Source of the DNA: Nanobdellota archaeon
GTDB lineage: Archaea; Nanobdellota; Nanobdellia; SCGC-AAA011-G17; JACPNG01
Assembly: GCA_038046345.1 (NCBI GenBank)
Contig: JBBSWJ010000019.1
Location: 51,183-72,163, forward strand
Direction of reading: 5' to 3'
Length of the DNA stretch: 20,981 bases
Made by a program: the position numbers and the translations under genes. The stretch's first letter is position 1, and the number at the start of each line of letters is the position of its first letter. The notes under the pieces are model-generated. The model did not search any database and was not told the DNA's origin. It saw nothing but the letters and a program-made list of their open reading frames with translations. Below, in pieces: positions 7,580 to 16,415 of this stretch.

Positions 7580-9100
7580 CCAAGACCTAAATGATAAAGG
7601 CATTCTTCTGAAAATAGGTTTAGCTAAATTTTCCCTAAAAAAATCCATAGACTGAACAACAGTACCAGCAGCATAAGTTGGAGTTAAATGTTTTTCATTA
7701 AAGGTTACAGATGAATCTTTGATTAACCTATTAAGAACAGAAGCAGGGATTAAACCATAACGCATGTCTGTGCATGGCCCACGCATCAGATTAAGGACTA
7801 GGGATAAGTACATATTCTTTTTCTTAAGCTTAATATGCTTCCAACGATCCCAATAGTTCAAATCAGATGCAGTATCCTTACCATCTTTAATAAACCCATC
7901 TTGAATAGCTTTTCGATATAATGGAGTTCCTTCAAAGAATATCAAGTTATTTACAGACAGATAGAAGGGTTTAGGTAATTGTCTGATTAGATTAATAGTA
8001 GCAAGAACATCTTCACGAGTCTCATATGGATTACAGGCAATAATATCATACATGACAGTAAGCTTATCCTTAAATTTGTTAACCGCTATAGCAGACTTAA
8101 TAACCTGAGCAGCTGAAATGAATCTATTATATAATTTAAAGTTTAGCTGATCACTACCTGACTGAATCCCAACAATAATATCTGATAAACCAGCGTCAAC
8201 TAATAAGGAAAGTTTCTCAGAAGAAATAACCTCATTACTAATACTTGCCGGTTCTGTTAAGCACTTCATTCTTAGTCCTACTTTCTCTTTGTATTTCTCA
8301 GAAAACTCTCTTAACCACTCAATTGGTCTGATCAAAAAAGTTTCATCGCGTATGTCAATTACACTAATAGAAGGAAAACGATTCTTTAAATCAACAAATT
8401 CTTCAATAACGTAATCAACAGAATGAGTTCTTAATAAATCAGACTTACCTTTGTAAATTTCTCTAAGAATATTATTCGTACAATAACTGCAAGCCTGGGG
8501 GCAACCGCGCTCAGTTTGGAAAAAAAGCATACCACCAATATGGCGTTCTTCAAAATGGATTAGTTTACTATTTTCTAAAATTAATTGAGAATCAATATCA
8601 AAATCCTGATGTGGAAGCATATCTAGATCATGAATTGGTGGGCGAACATGGTTTTTAGTTTCAGTTTTGTTGGTTCTAACCCATAAGTTAGGAATCTTAG
8701 AAATATCTTGGTTTCTTTCCAATGAATTGGCCAAGTCAACAAAAGCATCTTCAGCTTCTCCCACCGCAATAATATCACAATATTTGAAACAATCTTCTGG
8801 AAAAAAAGTAGGGTGCGGACCGCCCCAAACAACCGGAATATTAAGTTTTTTTCCTAAACTAATTAATTGTTTTGCGCGGTCGTTGGTAGAAGCATAAGCA
8901 TTAATGCCAATAAGTTTACAGTCTGATATTTTAGATTCAACTTGATTTAAAACATCTACAGGATATTTAATGGAGTAGTCTTCCGGTAAAGGAAGGAAAA
9001 TTAATTGGACTTGATGTTCTTTAGACTTAAGGTAAGAAGAAATTGTTCTCAGCCCTTGGTCTGCAGGGAAAGTGCTTGTTGAAAGAAGTGCAATCTTCAT
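7553..9100 (-). CDS. Cobalamin-binding radical SAM protein (class B methyltransferase-like)
   Basis: N-terminal B12-binding Rossmann domain (GINA, VVWGGPHPT, VGEAE), TERGCPQACSYC (CxxxCxxC), DETF, GIQSGS. Confidence 0.92.
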   Translation of the reverse strand: MKIALLSTSTFPADQGLRTISSYLKSKEHQVQLIFLPLPEDYSIKYPVDVLNQVESKISDCKLIGINAYASTNDRAKQLISLGKKLNIPVVWGGPHPTFFPEDCFKYCDIIAVGEAEDAFVDLANSLERNQDISKIPNLWVRTNKTETKNHVRPPIHDLDMLPHQDFDIDSQLILENSKLIHFEERHIGGMLFFQTERGCPQACSYCTNNILREIYKGKSDLLRTHSVDYVIEEFVDLKNRFPSISVIDIRDETFLIRPIEWLREFSEKYKEKVGLRMKCLTEPASISNEVISSEKLSLLVDAGLSDIIVGIQSGSDQLNFKLYNRFISAAQVIKSAIAVNKFKDKLTVMYDIIACNPYETREDVLATINLIRQLPKPFYLSVNNLIFFEGTPLYRKAIQDGFIKDGKDTASDLNYWDRWKHIKLKKKNMYLSLVLNLMRGPCTDMRYGLIPASVLNRLIKDSSVTFNEKHLTPTYAAGTVVQSMDFFRENLAKPIFRRMPLSFRSWYDKVRYQA

Positions 9101-9152
9101 TTTGTTGTTAAAAGAGATTGGTTTAAAATTGTTTCGTACCGATTAACAGCCG

Positions 9153-9737
9153 TTATATTTTAACAGGCTCATCCTGAACATATTTTAATCCTTTTTTTAA
9201 AGCAATTTCTGCATTATGGAGCTCCTTACCAAGATAAGCAGCATGTTGCAAAGAACCAACAAGTTTTTCGCGAATAATAGTATTAAAAATCTCTGTAGAG
9301 CTCTTACCTGTAATGATTGTATCCACAATATTTCTTTCAATACAGTGCCCAGCTTCTATAATCTTATTTTTAGAGTCAATACGAATTAAGAAATAACCTA
9401 ATGGATCCATACGCCATTCTTTTAAATCGTTGTAATGAGCAGTAATTTGTTTTAGTTTATTAGACGAAGATAAGTTCATAGAAACAATTTCTTTATTAGT
9501 GGTAAGATTAATTATCCCGATAGCGTTTACTGGGCAAGATTTAGCAGCAATAATCATTTTTTCTTTTTCAGCTTCATTTGGAATAATATCTAAATGAGAG
9601 ATATCATTATGAGTTTCAGAATTAATCAATTCAGCTTTATTTTCAATTATTTTAAAATTATCCGGGCTCTCAGTGACGCACATGCCAGCACCAATACATT
9701 TACCACGATCAAGTTTGATACGCCATTGTTCACTCAT
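9153..9737 (-). CDS. Ferredoxin (3Fe-4S-type) fused to a DUF4346-like domain
   Basis: N-terminal KCIGAGMC...SCPVNAI; C-terminal DPLGYFLIRID...HAAYLGKEL..AE.AL..G..YVQD. Confidence 0.8.
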   Translation of the reverse strand: MSEQWRIKLDRGKCIGAGMCVTESPDNFKIIENKAELINSETHNDISHLDIIPNEAEKEKMIIAAKSCPVNAIGIINLTTNKEIVSMNLSSSNKLKQITAHYNDLKEWRMDPLGYFLIRIDSKNKIIEAGHCIERNIVDTIITGKSSTEIFNTIIREKLVGSLQHAAYLGKELHNAEIALKKGLKYVQDEPVKI

Positions 9738-10869
9738 TATAAGCTTCCTCCATATAACGTTGAGATATTAAATCCCAATCAAAAGACTTTGCCTTTAGCT
9801 CATTATTACCAGCAAATTTGTCGGCAAGCTCTTTGTTATCAAGAACTTCTAAGATCTTTTGTTTTAAAGTTTTTCTATCGCCATAATCTACGAGAAAACC
9901 GTTTACTCCATCTTTTACTTCATAAGGTACTCCATTGCAAGGTGAGGCAATTATTGGTAATTTAGAAGCCATCGCCTCAAAAATAGTTAATGGGAGACCC
10001 TCCCTGTAGCTTGGCAGGACATAAACATCAGCAGCTTGATACATCTCCTGCCTTTCAGAATAACCGGTTATAGCACCAAGTAAAAACATTCTTGGCTGAT
10101 CTTTAATAATGTTTTTTACATCTTGTTCTTTGCCTTCATCAGGACCAACAAAAACAAAAGAAATATCTTTACGTACATTAACAATTTCAGTACCTACTTC
10201 TGCAAGGACATCAGGGCCTTTAGTTGGATTTAAACGCCCAAAAAATAAAACCATCTTCCCGTTTGGAATGTTATATTTTTTTTTGAAATTGTTATTTTTA
10301 ATCCGTGAAAAAAAAGATTTGTCCATACCGTTAGGGATATTAACTACCTCAGATATTGGCACCCATTTTTTTAATATGGAATATTCCCATGGGGTAATAG
10401 CTACAACTTTGTCAATGAGTCTAAAAGATATGTGGTTGAATATTTTTTCATTTAGAAAGACCAGAATTCTTAATATTTTTCTTCTGTACTTATCTGTCCA
10501 TGGACAATGAGTCGTATGAACATGTCTAGCCCCAGAAATTTTAGCAATAATACCAGCAAATAGAACATATGCATGGCCTGACACATGAGAATGGATTATG
10601 TCAAACTTTTTTTGTTTAATGAATTTTAAGAATATTCCCGGCCAAATAAATGTGCTTAGTGATAAACGGAACCAGTATCTTGATCGATGAACATGGATGT
10701 TATTAATTATTTCTTCTTTTTTTTTAATTCTTTTGTATTTGTCAGAGTCACAACAAAATACATGAACTTCGTGTCCTTGAGCAGCTTGACGTTCTGCAAG
10801 CTCTTGCATAACCATTTCTACACCCCCAAAAGTGGGGGCATAAAACATGTTAACATGTGCGATTCTCAT
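9730..10869 (-). CDS. Glycosyltransferase family 4
   Basis: GGVE, FFGRLNPTKG, YVLPSYREGLPLTIFEAMAS (EX7E). Confidence 0.95.
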   Translation of the reverse strand: MRIAHVNMFYAPTFGGVEMVMQELAERQAAQGHEVHVFCCDSDKYKRIKKKEEIINNIHVHRSRYWFRLSLSTFIWPGIFLKFIKQKKFDIIHSHVSGHAYVLFAGIIAKISGARHVHTTHCPWTDKYRRKILRILVFLNEKIFNHISFRLIDKVVAITPWEYSILKKWVPISEVVNIPNGMDKSFFSRIKNNNFKKKYNIPNGKMVLFFGRLNPTKGPDVLAEVGTEIVNVRKDISFVFVGPDEGKEQDVKNIIKDQPRMFLLGAITGYSERQEMYQAADVYVLPSYREGLPLTIFEAMASKLPIIASPCNGVPYEVKDGVNGFLVDYGDRKTLKQKILEVLDNKELADKFAGNNELKAKSFDWDLISQRYMEEAYNE

Positions 10870-11921
10870 ATTTTACTTAAAACCTCGTCTACAGTGATGG
10901 ATTTCATGCATTCCATGAACCTTTTTCCCTTGAGAGAACAAGTATACTGATGGCAAGTAGTGCATACTTCATTATGAAATATAACGGTGGACTCCTTTGT
11001 TAACGGTTTCCAAACATTTGGCTCGCCTGCACCAAATAAGCTAATTACCTTTTTATTAAACGCAGCAGCAACATGCATAGCGCTAGTATCAACGCTGATT
11101 ACATACGCTGCGTTTTTAATTATAGCAAAAAACTCCTTAAGGCTTGAGCCCGCGAAGTTTTTAGATTGCTTCTTCGTTGTTAGAGCTATGATCTCCTGAT
11201 TATAATTGTGCTGTTCTTTAGACCCAGTGAAGATGACCGGTAAATCTAATTTGTCTGCTAGATCTGCCCAGTTGCGTATTGACCAGTTATGGGATGGATA
11301 GTTAGCAGCTGCGTGAAATACTACATATCTTTTTGGTAAATCGTTTAAAATTGTTTTTTCTACTTTTGGATCTGTATATATTTTTGGAAAAATATCTTTG
11401 GTGGTTATACCTATAGTTTTTATCACATCAAGATTATCTAAAATCTTAAGCTTCCATTTTTTAGTAGGCTTTGTTTTTCTATGCAAGAAAAAACCTTTAC
11501 CTTCCAGTATCCCAGCACGACAAGAGCCAATACGAAATGGAATGTGTTTTGTTAATGTTGAGATTTTAAATGAACCTGGATGGAGTATAATTGCAAGGTC
11601 ATAATTAGGGATTGAGTTTGGTAAATTCTTTGGATTCCATTCAATAATTTTGTTTAAATGAGGGTTATTGTATAAGACATCTTTCATACCAACAGGGACA
11701 GCTATGTCAATTTTTGCTTTAGGGAAATGTTCCTTTAAAGCGCTTATTGTAGGCGTTGAAACAATTAAATCTCCAATATACTTTAGCTCGATTATTAAGA
11801 TACTTTTTGGTTTTAGTTGTGGTTTGAATTTTCTAAAACTAAAGATTTTCCATATGATGTAGTCTAAATACCAGAACACAGTGCGTAGTTTTCTGAGTAG
11901 TTTGAAACGTAATCTTTCCAT
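10866..11921 (-). CDS. Glycosyltransferase family 9 (heptosyltransferase-like)
   Basis: LKYIGDLIVSTP, VFHAAA...NW, SVDTSAMHVAAA, SLFGA; C-terminal C-x2-C-x4-C-x9-C. Confidence 0.93.
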   Translation of the reverse strand: MERLRFKLLRKLRTVFWYLDYIIWKIFSFRKFKPQLKPKSILIIELKYIGDLIVSTPTISALKEHFPKAKIDIAVPVGMKDVLYNNPHLNKIIEWNPKNLPNSIPNYDLAIILHPGSFKISTLTKHIPFRIGSCRAGILEGKGFFLHRKTKPTKKWKLKILDNLDVIKTIGITTKDIFPKIYTDPKVEKTILNDLPKRYVVFHAAANYPSHNWSIRNWADLADKLDLPVIFTGSKEQHNYNQEIIALTTKKQSKNFAGSSLKEFFAIIKNAAYVISVDTSAMHVAAAFNKKVISLFGAGEPNVWKPLTKESTVIFHNEVCTTCHQYTCSLKGKRFMECMKSITVDEVLSKI

Positions 11922-12025
11922 ATTTTTTTGGGATAGTAAAGCTTTAAAAATATATGGTTGGATCAGGTGGTATGAATTATAAACTGTAAGATAACTTTTT
12001 AAATGTCATATTAATTCAAGTTGGC

Positions 12026-12748
12026 ATGTGGAAAAATAAAACTGTATCAGTAGTATTCCCAACTTATAACGAAAAAGAAAGTATAAAGGATGCGATAGAA
12101 GAATTTTTTGCAACTGGTTACGTTGATGAAATAATTGTAATAAATAATAATGCGGCAAAAGGTACTGAAGAAGAAGTAAAAAAGACCAAAGCAAAACACA
12201 TAATAGAAACTACTCAAGGTTATGGGTATTCAATAAGACGTGGATTGAAGGAGGCTAAAGGAGATTATGTGATAGTATCTGAACCAGATGGTACTTTTGT
12301 TGGGAATGATGTTATAAAGTTATTAGCTTATTCAGATGATTTTGATGCGGTGTTCGGAACAAGAACTTCGTCTATACTGATTGGTGATGGGGCTAATATG
12401 GGTTTGTTTTTGAAATATGGAAATTTCTTTGTGGCGAAGTACATGGAACTTCTGTTTAACACACATCAATTAACTGATGCTGGTTGCACAATGCGCTTAA
12501 TTAAAAGGAATAGCCTGAGCAAAATAAATAATTCATTTAGGATTGGTGGAAATTCGTTTGGTCCAGAGATGATGATGTTAATATTTATTCATAAGATAAG
12601 CTCAATTGAAATACCGCTTAATTATCGGGAGAGAGTTGGAGAAAGCAGTGTAACGGGGAGCTTTTGGAAGGCGTTAAAACTTGGTTTTCAGATGATATTC
12701 ATTGTGACTAAGGTTAGATTTCTTAGTTTATTTGGGTTGTATAAATGA
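12026..12748 (+). CDS. GT2, polyprenol-phosphate glycosyltransferase (DPM-synthase-like)
   Basis: VVFPTYNEKE, QGYGYSIRRG, EPDGT, GTR, TDAGC, YRERVGES. Confidence 0.9.
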   Translation: MWKNKTVSVVFPTYNEKESIKDAIEEFFATGYVDEIIVINNNAAKGTEEEVKKTKAKHIIETTQGYGYSIRRGLKEAKGDYVIVSEPDGTFVGNDVIKLLAYSDDFDAVFGTRTSSILIGDGANMGLFLKYGNFFVAKYMELLFNTHQLTDAGCTMRLIKRNSLSKINNSFRIGGNSFGPEMMMLIFIHKISSIEIPLNYRERVGESSVTGSFWKALKLGFQMIFIVTKVRFLSLFGLYK

Positions 12749-12808
12749 TTTTAATTACTGTAAAGATATAACATAACCTTAAACAATAAGTTCCTTTACT
12801 TATTTCTC

Positions 12809-12976
12809 ATGGTTACAAAAAGAACACTGGAACAAGAAGAATTTGTTCAGATGGTTGTAAGAAAAGCAAACAGCCAAGATGAACAAGCAAAACCTCACGA
12901 GCCAATTGTGCAAGATCCTGAAGAAATTGAAAAGATGACAAAGAGATTAACTGATAAGCATGCTGATCAGAAGTAA
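12809..12976 (+). CDS. Hypothetical 55-aa charged protein (MVTKRTLEQEEFVQMVVRKANSQDEQAKPHEPIVQDPEEIEKMTKRLTDKHADQK)
   Basis: ATG 12809 to TAA 12976; TTAAACAA at 12779-12786 has the same TATA spacing as other genes; purine-rich coding strand. Confidence 0.6.
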   Translation: MVTKRTLEQEEFVQMVVRKANSQDEQAKPHEPIVQDPEEIEKMTKRLTDKHADQK

Positions 12977-12979
12977 TTA

Positions 12980-13411
12980 TTATTTTTTTGAAAATAAATA
13001 ATCTTTTATTGTTTTTATAATCCTTGATAATATTGATGGTTGATCCCATGAGAAATCTTCAAAACTTTTATCAACTTCTTCTTCAAGTGTGGTAAACTTG
13101 TTGACAGCTAATGATGGAGCTTCTTTGTTGTTATCCATGGCTCTTATTTTTTTAACGTTTCTAACATAAACTGGCAAAAAAAGAAGCGGATCATAACAGA
13201 TTGTTACATCTCTATCTGGTGTCCTGCTGTCGATATCTTGAAGCATTAAAAATTCATCAAGCACGTGTGGAAAAACCCCGATGCTTAATATTCCATGATC
13301 ATACCTGATGAGATCATCTCCTTCCATTCTAACTGAATCTATTGATAAATAATCTTTAACACCTTTTCCGTTGGTAACATAAAAACCTTTTTTATCATAA
13401 CCAAATTCCAT
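12980..13411 (-). CDS. Hypothetical protein
   Basis: 143-aa ORF, GGGGGA SD-like motif upstream, co-oriented with the 13432 gene. Confidence 0.65.
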   Translation of the reverse strand: MEFGYDKKGFYVTNGKGVKDYLSIDSVRMEGDDLIRYDHGILSIGVFPHVLDEFLMLQDIDSRTPDRDVTICYDPLLFLPVYVRNVKKIRAMDNNKEAPSLAVNKFTTLEEEVDKSFEDFSWDQPSILSRIIKTIKDYLFSKK

Positions 13412-13431
13412 GAAAAATATTTCCCCCGAAT

Positions 13432-13959
13432 CTATTTAGTGGTAACACTATGCTCGCAATGCTCTTTAGCAATTTCTATAAATCTTTTATTAAATATAAT
13501 ATTTCCCCAATTAAACTCTTGACTACTGGCAACTCTGTATACTTCATCAACACCTATAGTTTCAATTGTACGGTCAATACCAACATAAAAAGTAGGTGTT
13601 GTGACAGCTGGGTCGTTTTCTTTTTTTCTGCCCACATTTTCATCCTGTTGGTGGATCATGGCAAATGGGAATGGCCCAGTAATTACTGATCCATCTTCAA
13701 GTCTGACGCATGTAACAAGATATGAATCATTCCACTTATTACCATTTGTGTCATAAGGGTAGACTTCTATTTGCGGAGGTAAATCAAATAAATAGCCTGT
13801 TTGGTTTAAGGGTTCTACTTCGGGAAATCTAAATGAAGGTGCAACTAACTCAAAACTGAGTAATGGTTCAGTTAATTTGCGTGCAGGCTGATCAGCAGTG
13901 TTTGCATTTCCTGCTCTCATAACTAATGCAGTCAAAGCAAGTGTGATAAATCTTTTCAC
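13432..13959 (-). CDS. Hypothetical secreted protein
   Basis: GTG start, signal-peptide-like MKRFITLALTALVMRAGNA; TTTTTTAA at 13982-13989. Confidence 0.65.
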   Translation of the reverse strand: MKRFITLALTALVMRAGNANTADQPARKLTEPLLSFELVAPSFRFPEVEPLNQTGYLFDLPPQIEVYPYDTNGNKWNDSYLVTCVRLEDGSVITGPFPFAMIHQQDENVGRKKENDPAVTTPTFYVGIDRTIETIGVDEVYRVASSQEFNWGNIIFNKRFIEIAKEHCEHSVTTK

Positions 13960-14075
13960 GATATTTTAGAGATTTAAAACCTTAAAAAAGTTACTTTGGA
14001 TAAATATGCCTGTTGTGAACTATATATTCTGATAATAAGAATACACTTTTAAATAAAATAGCTAAGTAAAAGCTT

Positions 14076-16415
14076 ATGGAAAGAAAAGAGCTATATTTAG
14101 TCAGCGGAATTTTATTACTTTTTTTCTTATCATTTTATGCAGCTTTAGTGATCTCACCAACAAGAGCGGTTACAACAAATGCTGATCTGTATAGAATGAC
14201 CGGAGTATGGGATAGCATAATAAAACCAGAACTTGCAAAAGGATCATTCCCGCTGTGGAATCAATATGTTTATTCTGGAACACCATTAATTGCGAATACA
14301 CTAACAGCAGCGTTTCACCCGTTAAGCGCGGTGTATTATATCATACCGTTTAGTTATGCATACATCTTTGTAAAAATATTTTCATTGTTATTTATGAGTG
14401 TTACATTTTATATGTTTTTAAGAGCTATAACACTCAGAAGATTGCCTTCTTTATTCGGAGCAATAGTTGTAGGTTTTGCAGGGATAATCACTATATGGGC
14501 CGGGGTGATATCATTTATGAACTCTTTCATGCTCTTCCCGTTATTGCTGATATTATCTGAGAAACTGATAACAAAAAAAACAATAAACTACGCTGTATGT
14601 ATCGGAGTAATATTAGCAATTGCAATATTGGGCTCTGGACCGCAATTTGTGCTTTATCTAACAATGCTTACCTTGTTCTATATTTTGTTAAGGTGGATAC
14701 AAACAACTAGTATACGATCCAGTGATGTAAAAGGTATAACCTTATCATTAATAATAATAGCAGTTATCACAGTGTCATTAGCTGCAATACAGCTGGTACC
14801 AACAATAGAACTCCTTGATTATTCAATACGTGATCAAGGATTAAGTTATAATGAAGCAACAGTTCATTCCTTACATCCAGCTAATCTGATAAGCTTTGTA
14901 ATACCTGAATTTTATGGTAAAGGAGACTATTACTGGGGTTTTTGGAAAAGCTCAAGTTTCTTTGAAGGGTATATATTTATTGGGGTAACAACATTCTTGC
15001 TAATCTTTTTTGCAATTTTTACTGTAAGAAATAAATTCTTTACAACATTCAGCCTGATGGGCTTGTTTTCAATATTTTTTGCTTTAGGGAGATATAACCC
15101 GCTGTACTACTATATGTGGAAGTACATCCCGTTTCTAGGTGTTATAAGAGCGCCAGGACGTATAATGCTGTTTTTTGTGTTTATAGGCGCAGCAATTGCA
15201 GCGATGGGGCTGGACTCTGTGTATAGTGTTAACAAAGAAAAACTGAAAACTTATTGGAAGATACTAGCCGGGTTTTTATTTTTATTTATATTAATACTGG
15301 CATTTGCTTTATTGTTTAAACCAATAATAATTCAGACTGGCGAGAGGATAGTAAACACTTTATTTATTCAATATTCAGATGCATCTAGGTTTGTGAGGGA
15401 AGGTATAATTTTACCTGCATTGCTTGAAAAAGTGCCAATAGTGTATAATAATCTCATTAAAGGCTTAGTGATATTTATCTTGACAATAAGCGCTATAATC
15501 GTTTCTTTTAAGATGTACCTATCTGAAAAAGTTAGTCTTAAAAAATTTGTAATGATAATAATTTTGATACTACTTTTTGAGCTGCTCTTCTTTTCAGGTA
15601 GAGTGATATCTGCTAAAAACTTTGATGATAAATTTTATACCGACGAGTTAATTGAAACAGTAAAGAATAACAACGGGAATGGCCGGGTTTTAGTATTAAG
15701 GGGATTTGATAGTAAGGATTATCTTCCACAGTATATAGCAGTTTATCATGGAATAGAAAAGGTAGGCGGCTGTGATGCAATATCAATAAAAGAGTATTAC
15801 AAAACATTGTGTATAATTGGAGATTGTGAAGTAAAACCTACAGAGTGCATACCAATTGAAGTGTTAACAAACCCGCAGCTGATTAATAAGTTTAATGTTG
15901 ATTTTGTAATAAGCAACGAAGAATTAGACATTCCATGGCTTGATAGAGTTAACTTGAAGAGACGTGATGCATATATGTATTTTAATCGTAAATCTAATGG
16001 GGCAGCATTCTTTGCAACACATGTACTAAGGACAAATAATCAAACTGAAGTTTTAGAAACATTAAGGGATCCATTTACTTCAGTAGCATCAATTAATCTT
16101 CCTGTTGGGCGTGGTTCTGTAGACTTAATAGAAAAAAAATCAAACAAAATAAGATACAATGTTCGAGGAGAAGGACTCTTAGTATTATCTGAAGTGTGGT
16201 ATCCCGGATGGACAGCAAGATTAAATGATAAACCATTGGAAATACATCGAGTGGATAATACTTTGAAAGGGGTAGTTATAAGCGAGAATGGTGAATTAGT
16301 TCTTGAATATAAACCCAAATCATTCAGAACTGGGTTGTACATAACTCTTATGGCAGTTGTACTTGTTATTGGTTTTTTCTTAACCCAATTTTTGATAAGG
16401 TTGAGTAAAAAATAA
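14076..16415 (+). CDS. YfhO-family multi-pass membrane protein (GT-C-like)
   Basis: FPLWNQYVYSGTPLIAN, LAAIQLVPT, R.PGR, and C-terminal LVLSEVWYPGWTA..N/G motif typical of YfhO. Confidence 0.88.
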   Translation: MERKELYLVSGILLLFFLSFYAALVISPTRAVTTNADLYRMTGVWDSIIKPELAKGSFPLWNQYVYSGTPLIANTLTAAFHPLSAVYYIIPFSYAYIFVKIFSLLFMSVTFYMFLRAITLRRLPSLFGAIVVGFAGIITIWAGVISFMNSFMLFPLLLILSEKLITKKTINYAVCIGVILAIAILGSGPQFVLYLTMLTLFYILLRWIQTTSIRSSDVKGITLSLIIIAVITVSLAAIQLVPTIELLDYSIRDQGLSYNEATVHSLHPANLISFVIPEFYGKGDYYWGFWKSSSFFEGYIFIGVTTFLLIFFAIFTVRNKFFTTFSLMGLFSIFFALGRYNPLYYYMWKYIPFLGVIRAPGRIMLFFVFIGAAIAAMGLDSVYSVNKEKLKTYWKILAGFLFLFILILAFALLFKPIIIQTGERIVNTLFIQYSDASRFVREGIILPALLEKVPIVYNNLIKGLVIFILTISAIIVSFKMYLSEKVSLKKFVMIIILILLFELLFFSGRVISAKNFDDKFYTDELIETVKNNNGNGRVLVLRGFDSKDYLPQYIAVYHGIEKVGGCDAISIKEYYKTLCIIGDCEVKPTECIPIEVLTNPQLINKFNVDFVISNEELDIPWLDRVNLKRRDAYMYFNRKSNGAAFFATHVLRTNNQTEVLETLRDPFTSVASINLPVGRGSVDLIEKKSNKIRYNVRGEGLLVLSEVWYPGWTARLNDKPLEIHRVDNTLKGVVISENGELVLEYKPKSFRTGLYITLMAVVLVIGFFLTQFLIRLSKK

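Noticed and set aside
2958-11862. Short ORFs 2958-3182, 2996-3253, 3769-4071, 4211-4456, 5745-5963, 6220-6471, 8623-8832, 8667-8897, 9594-9965, 10109-10510, 10687-10950, 10987-11199, 11398-11604, 11668-11862
   Set aside because: Antisense or off-frame shadows of well-supported genes, with no motifs.
11984-12772. CTGTAA(A)GATA motif upstream of the TATA boxes of the 12026 and 12809 genes
   Set aside because: Only two imperfect copies with different spacing; not enough for a regulatory site.
12813-13049. 78-aa minus-strand ORF
   Set aside because: The opposite-strand 55-aa ORF (12809-12976) has a correctly spaced TATA and more protein-like composition; this ORF also overlaps the 12980 gene.
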